In this document: positions 62,536-64,000 of the stretch, one piece after another | Layout: each line of letters opens with the position of its first letter | How positions within the stretch are numbered: position 1 is the first letter of the stretch | Origin: Dimorphilus gyrociliatus | Taxonomy: Eukaryota > Animalia > Annelida | Direction: 5' to 3' | DNA length: 64,000 nt | Assembly (NCBI GenBank): GCA_904063045.1 | Contig: CAJFCJ010000028.1 | Coordinates: 124,001 to 188,000 of the forward strand | Translations under genes and position numbers: made by a program | The notes under the pieces: model-generated | What the model was told of the DNA's origin: nothing | Database searches by the model: none | What the model saw: the letters and a program-made list of their open reading frames with translations, nothing else

Positions 62536-64000
62536 ATGAACAACGGACGAAAATTAGAATTTCCTGTTGTAAGAACAATTCTTTGGGATCACAAGGCCGC
62601 AGGAAAGTCTATAGAGATCGGACCTTTTCCGTCAGAGTAAGTAAAAAAACGCCATAATTATCAATGTTTAAGAATCAGCTAATTCACTATCAGATATCCT
62701 TGTATTAACATAAATGAATCAACTTTATCAATCATAAAATCCATAAGAGATAAGTCAAAAATTACCAAGTTTGTTCTTATTGGCTCTTTGCAAAGGGAAC
62801 TTGGTAAGTTAAAACAGTTTTTTTTATCATTTCCCATTTAATTTATATTTAATGTTCTTGTTTTAGATCATAGTTTAACAATTGAGATTGAACGGCATGA
62901 AACAGAAAATGATATGAAAAAGATGACAACTTTACATGATATGATGTATATTCCTTGTTATGTAAGATCTTTCATAATAATTCCTATGATTTATATTAAG
63001 AAAAATCTTACAAAATGTATTTAGGTTCAATCTACGAATGGACCACTTCCATTTTCCAGCGATGATTACTCCAAATCAATAGAGGTTTGTTTCTTATCAA
63101 AATTTTGGCCCAACTGATTAAATTTTTTGTAAATTTCTGCAATTATAATTCAATAAGGACTTGATACTGATTAGATTAAATTTAGCAAACAATTTCACAA
63201 AATCAAATGAACCTTTTGTTCTATTAAGATAATAATGTAAAAATAAATAAAGGATTATTTAAGGAATATATCTTTACATTTTCCTATTTTTTATATATGA
63301 TATATAGGCTCTACACAAGCGATGTAAAACGAATCAGAAAATATCCTTTTGTCAATTTTTTCATCCTTTGGTAGCATTGCAAATTGGAGACGGTCTGGAG
63401 ATTCGATCAGACATGGTCTATCCTGATGTTTCTTTTACAGCCATACCCATACAAAATGTGCCACTAGTTCCATCAGCATTAGCCAAGAATTTAGCCTCAC
63501 CTTACTGTAGGAGTTATGTTTTGGGTGAAGCCCAGTCTGGGTTTGTTTGTTTAAAATTCACTTAAAAGGGTACAAACGATCTTTTACTTTATTATTAATA
63601 GATATTTGTCAATGGATCAGACTAGAAAGGTTTTATTAATATTGGAATCAGATCCTAAAGTATCAAGTTTACCAATTGTAGGAATGTAAGTATTTCAAGT
63701 AATTTATCCACTATCTGTTGAAACTAATTGAATGTTTTTTCCCCAGATGGATTAGCGGCGTAGCTACTATATCTGATCCTTTTGTATGGGCGTGTTGTTG
63801 CAGATACCTGTTTTCCAACATAAAGAATAGGTTAAATTCAATTTATACCTGTACAGTCTTGTTATTTAATTTTTCTCGTATGTTTTTTTAGGGTACACCC
63901 TCTATCTGAACCCTTTCTTGTCATCCTTTATTCAACTGAACATTCAGAAAGAGAAGTGTACGATATAACTCCAACTGGAAGTAAAACGTCACTTGGTTTT
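62536..64000 (+). CDS. STIL: SCL/TAL1-interrupting locus (centriole duplication protein), 3' end outside the window
   Basis: [49 protein letters not shown] and [12 protein letters not shown] match the STIL N-terminal domain. Confidence 0.9.

Noticed and set aside
63308-63420. Apparent frameshift in STIL at a T-run
   Set aside because: Counting six Ts at 63356-63361 keeps the frame continuous from the acceptor at 63307 into the VALQIG...VYPDVSF ORF.
3575-64000. Apparent cluster of cilium/centriole/microtubule genes (CAP-Gly, VASH, ropporin-like, DYNC2LI1, STIL)
   Set aside because: They are interspersed with unrelated housekeeping genes on both strands, which is compatible with chance in a gene-dense genome.

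Overview
AT-rich, very gene-dense eukaryotic (animal) genomic DNA with mostly 45-80 bp spliceosomal introns and intergenic gaps of about 100-600 bp. It looks like a compact invertebrate genome (a miniature annelid such as Dimorphilus would fit, but the species cannot be shown from sequence alone). I can support about 25 protein-coding genes and one intron-containing tRNA-Pro(TGG). Recognisable genes: ATXN10 (5' partial), IDH3G, EIF1AD, RIC8, TM7SF3, DR1, vasohibin, VMP1, a ZIP4/12-type zinc transporter, RABGEF1, an NWD-type NACHT-WD40 protein, a Grx-thioredoxin reductase selenoprotein with SECIS, DUS1L, C12orf57, a POGZ/ZNF280-like zinc finger, DYNC2LI1 and STIL (3' partial), plus several orphans. 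No transposon or CRISPR array was seen. The most striking item is a six-exon, phase-consistent 693-aa gene (21681-24213) that appears to encode a single-pass receptor: an SVEP1-like vWA / Eph-like Cys-rich / EGF ectodomain and a cytoplasmic tail carrying Tyr motifs, a Pro7 run and a C-terminal profilin-like domain. Other highlights: an antisense nested 999-aa ropporin-like gene with three copies of an unrecognised ~95-aa beta-rich repeat; an orphan two-peptide amidated neuropeptide precursor hidden across a 1.4 kb intron; and an 18-bp hairpin starting immediately after the Sec UGA. All homology calls come from motif recall and manual translation and splicing; no database searches were run.
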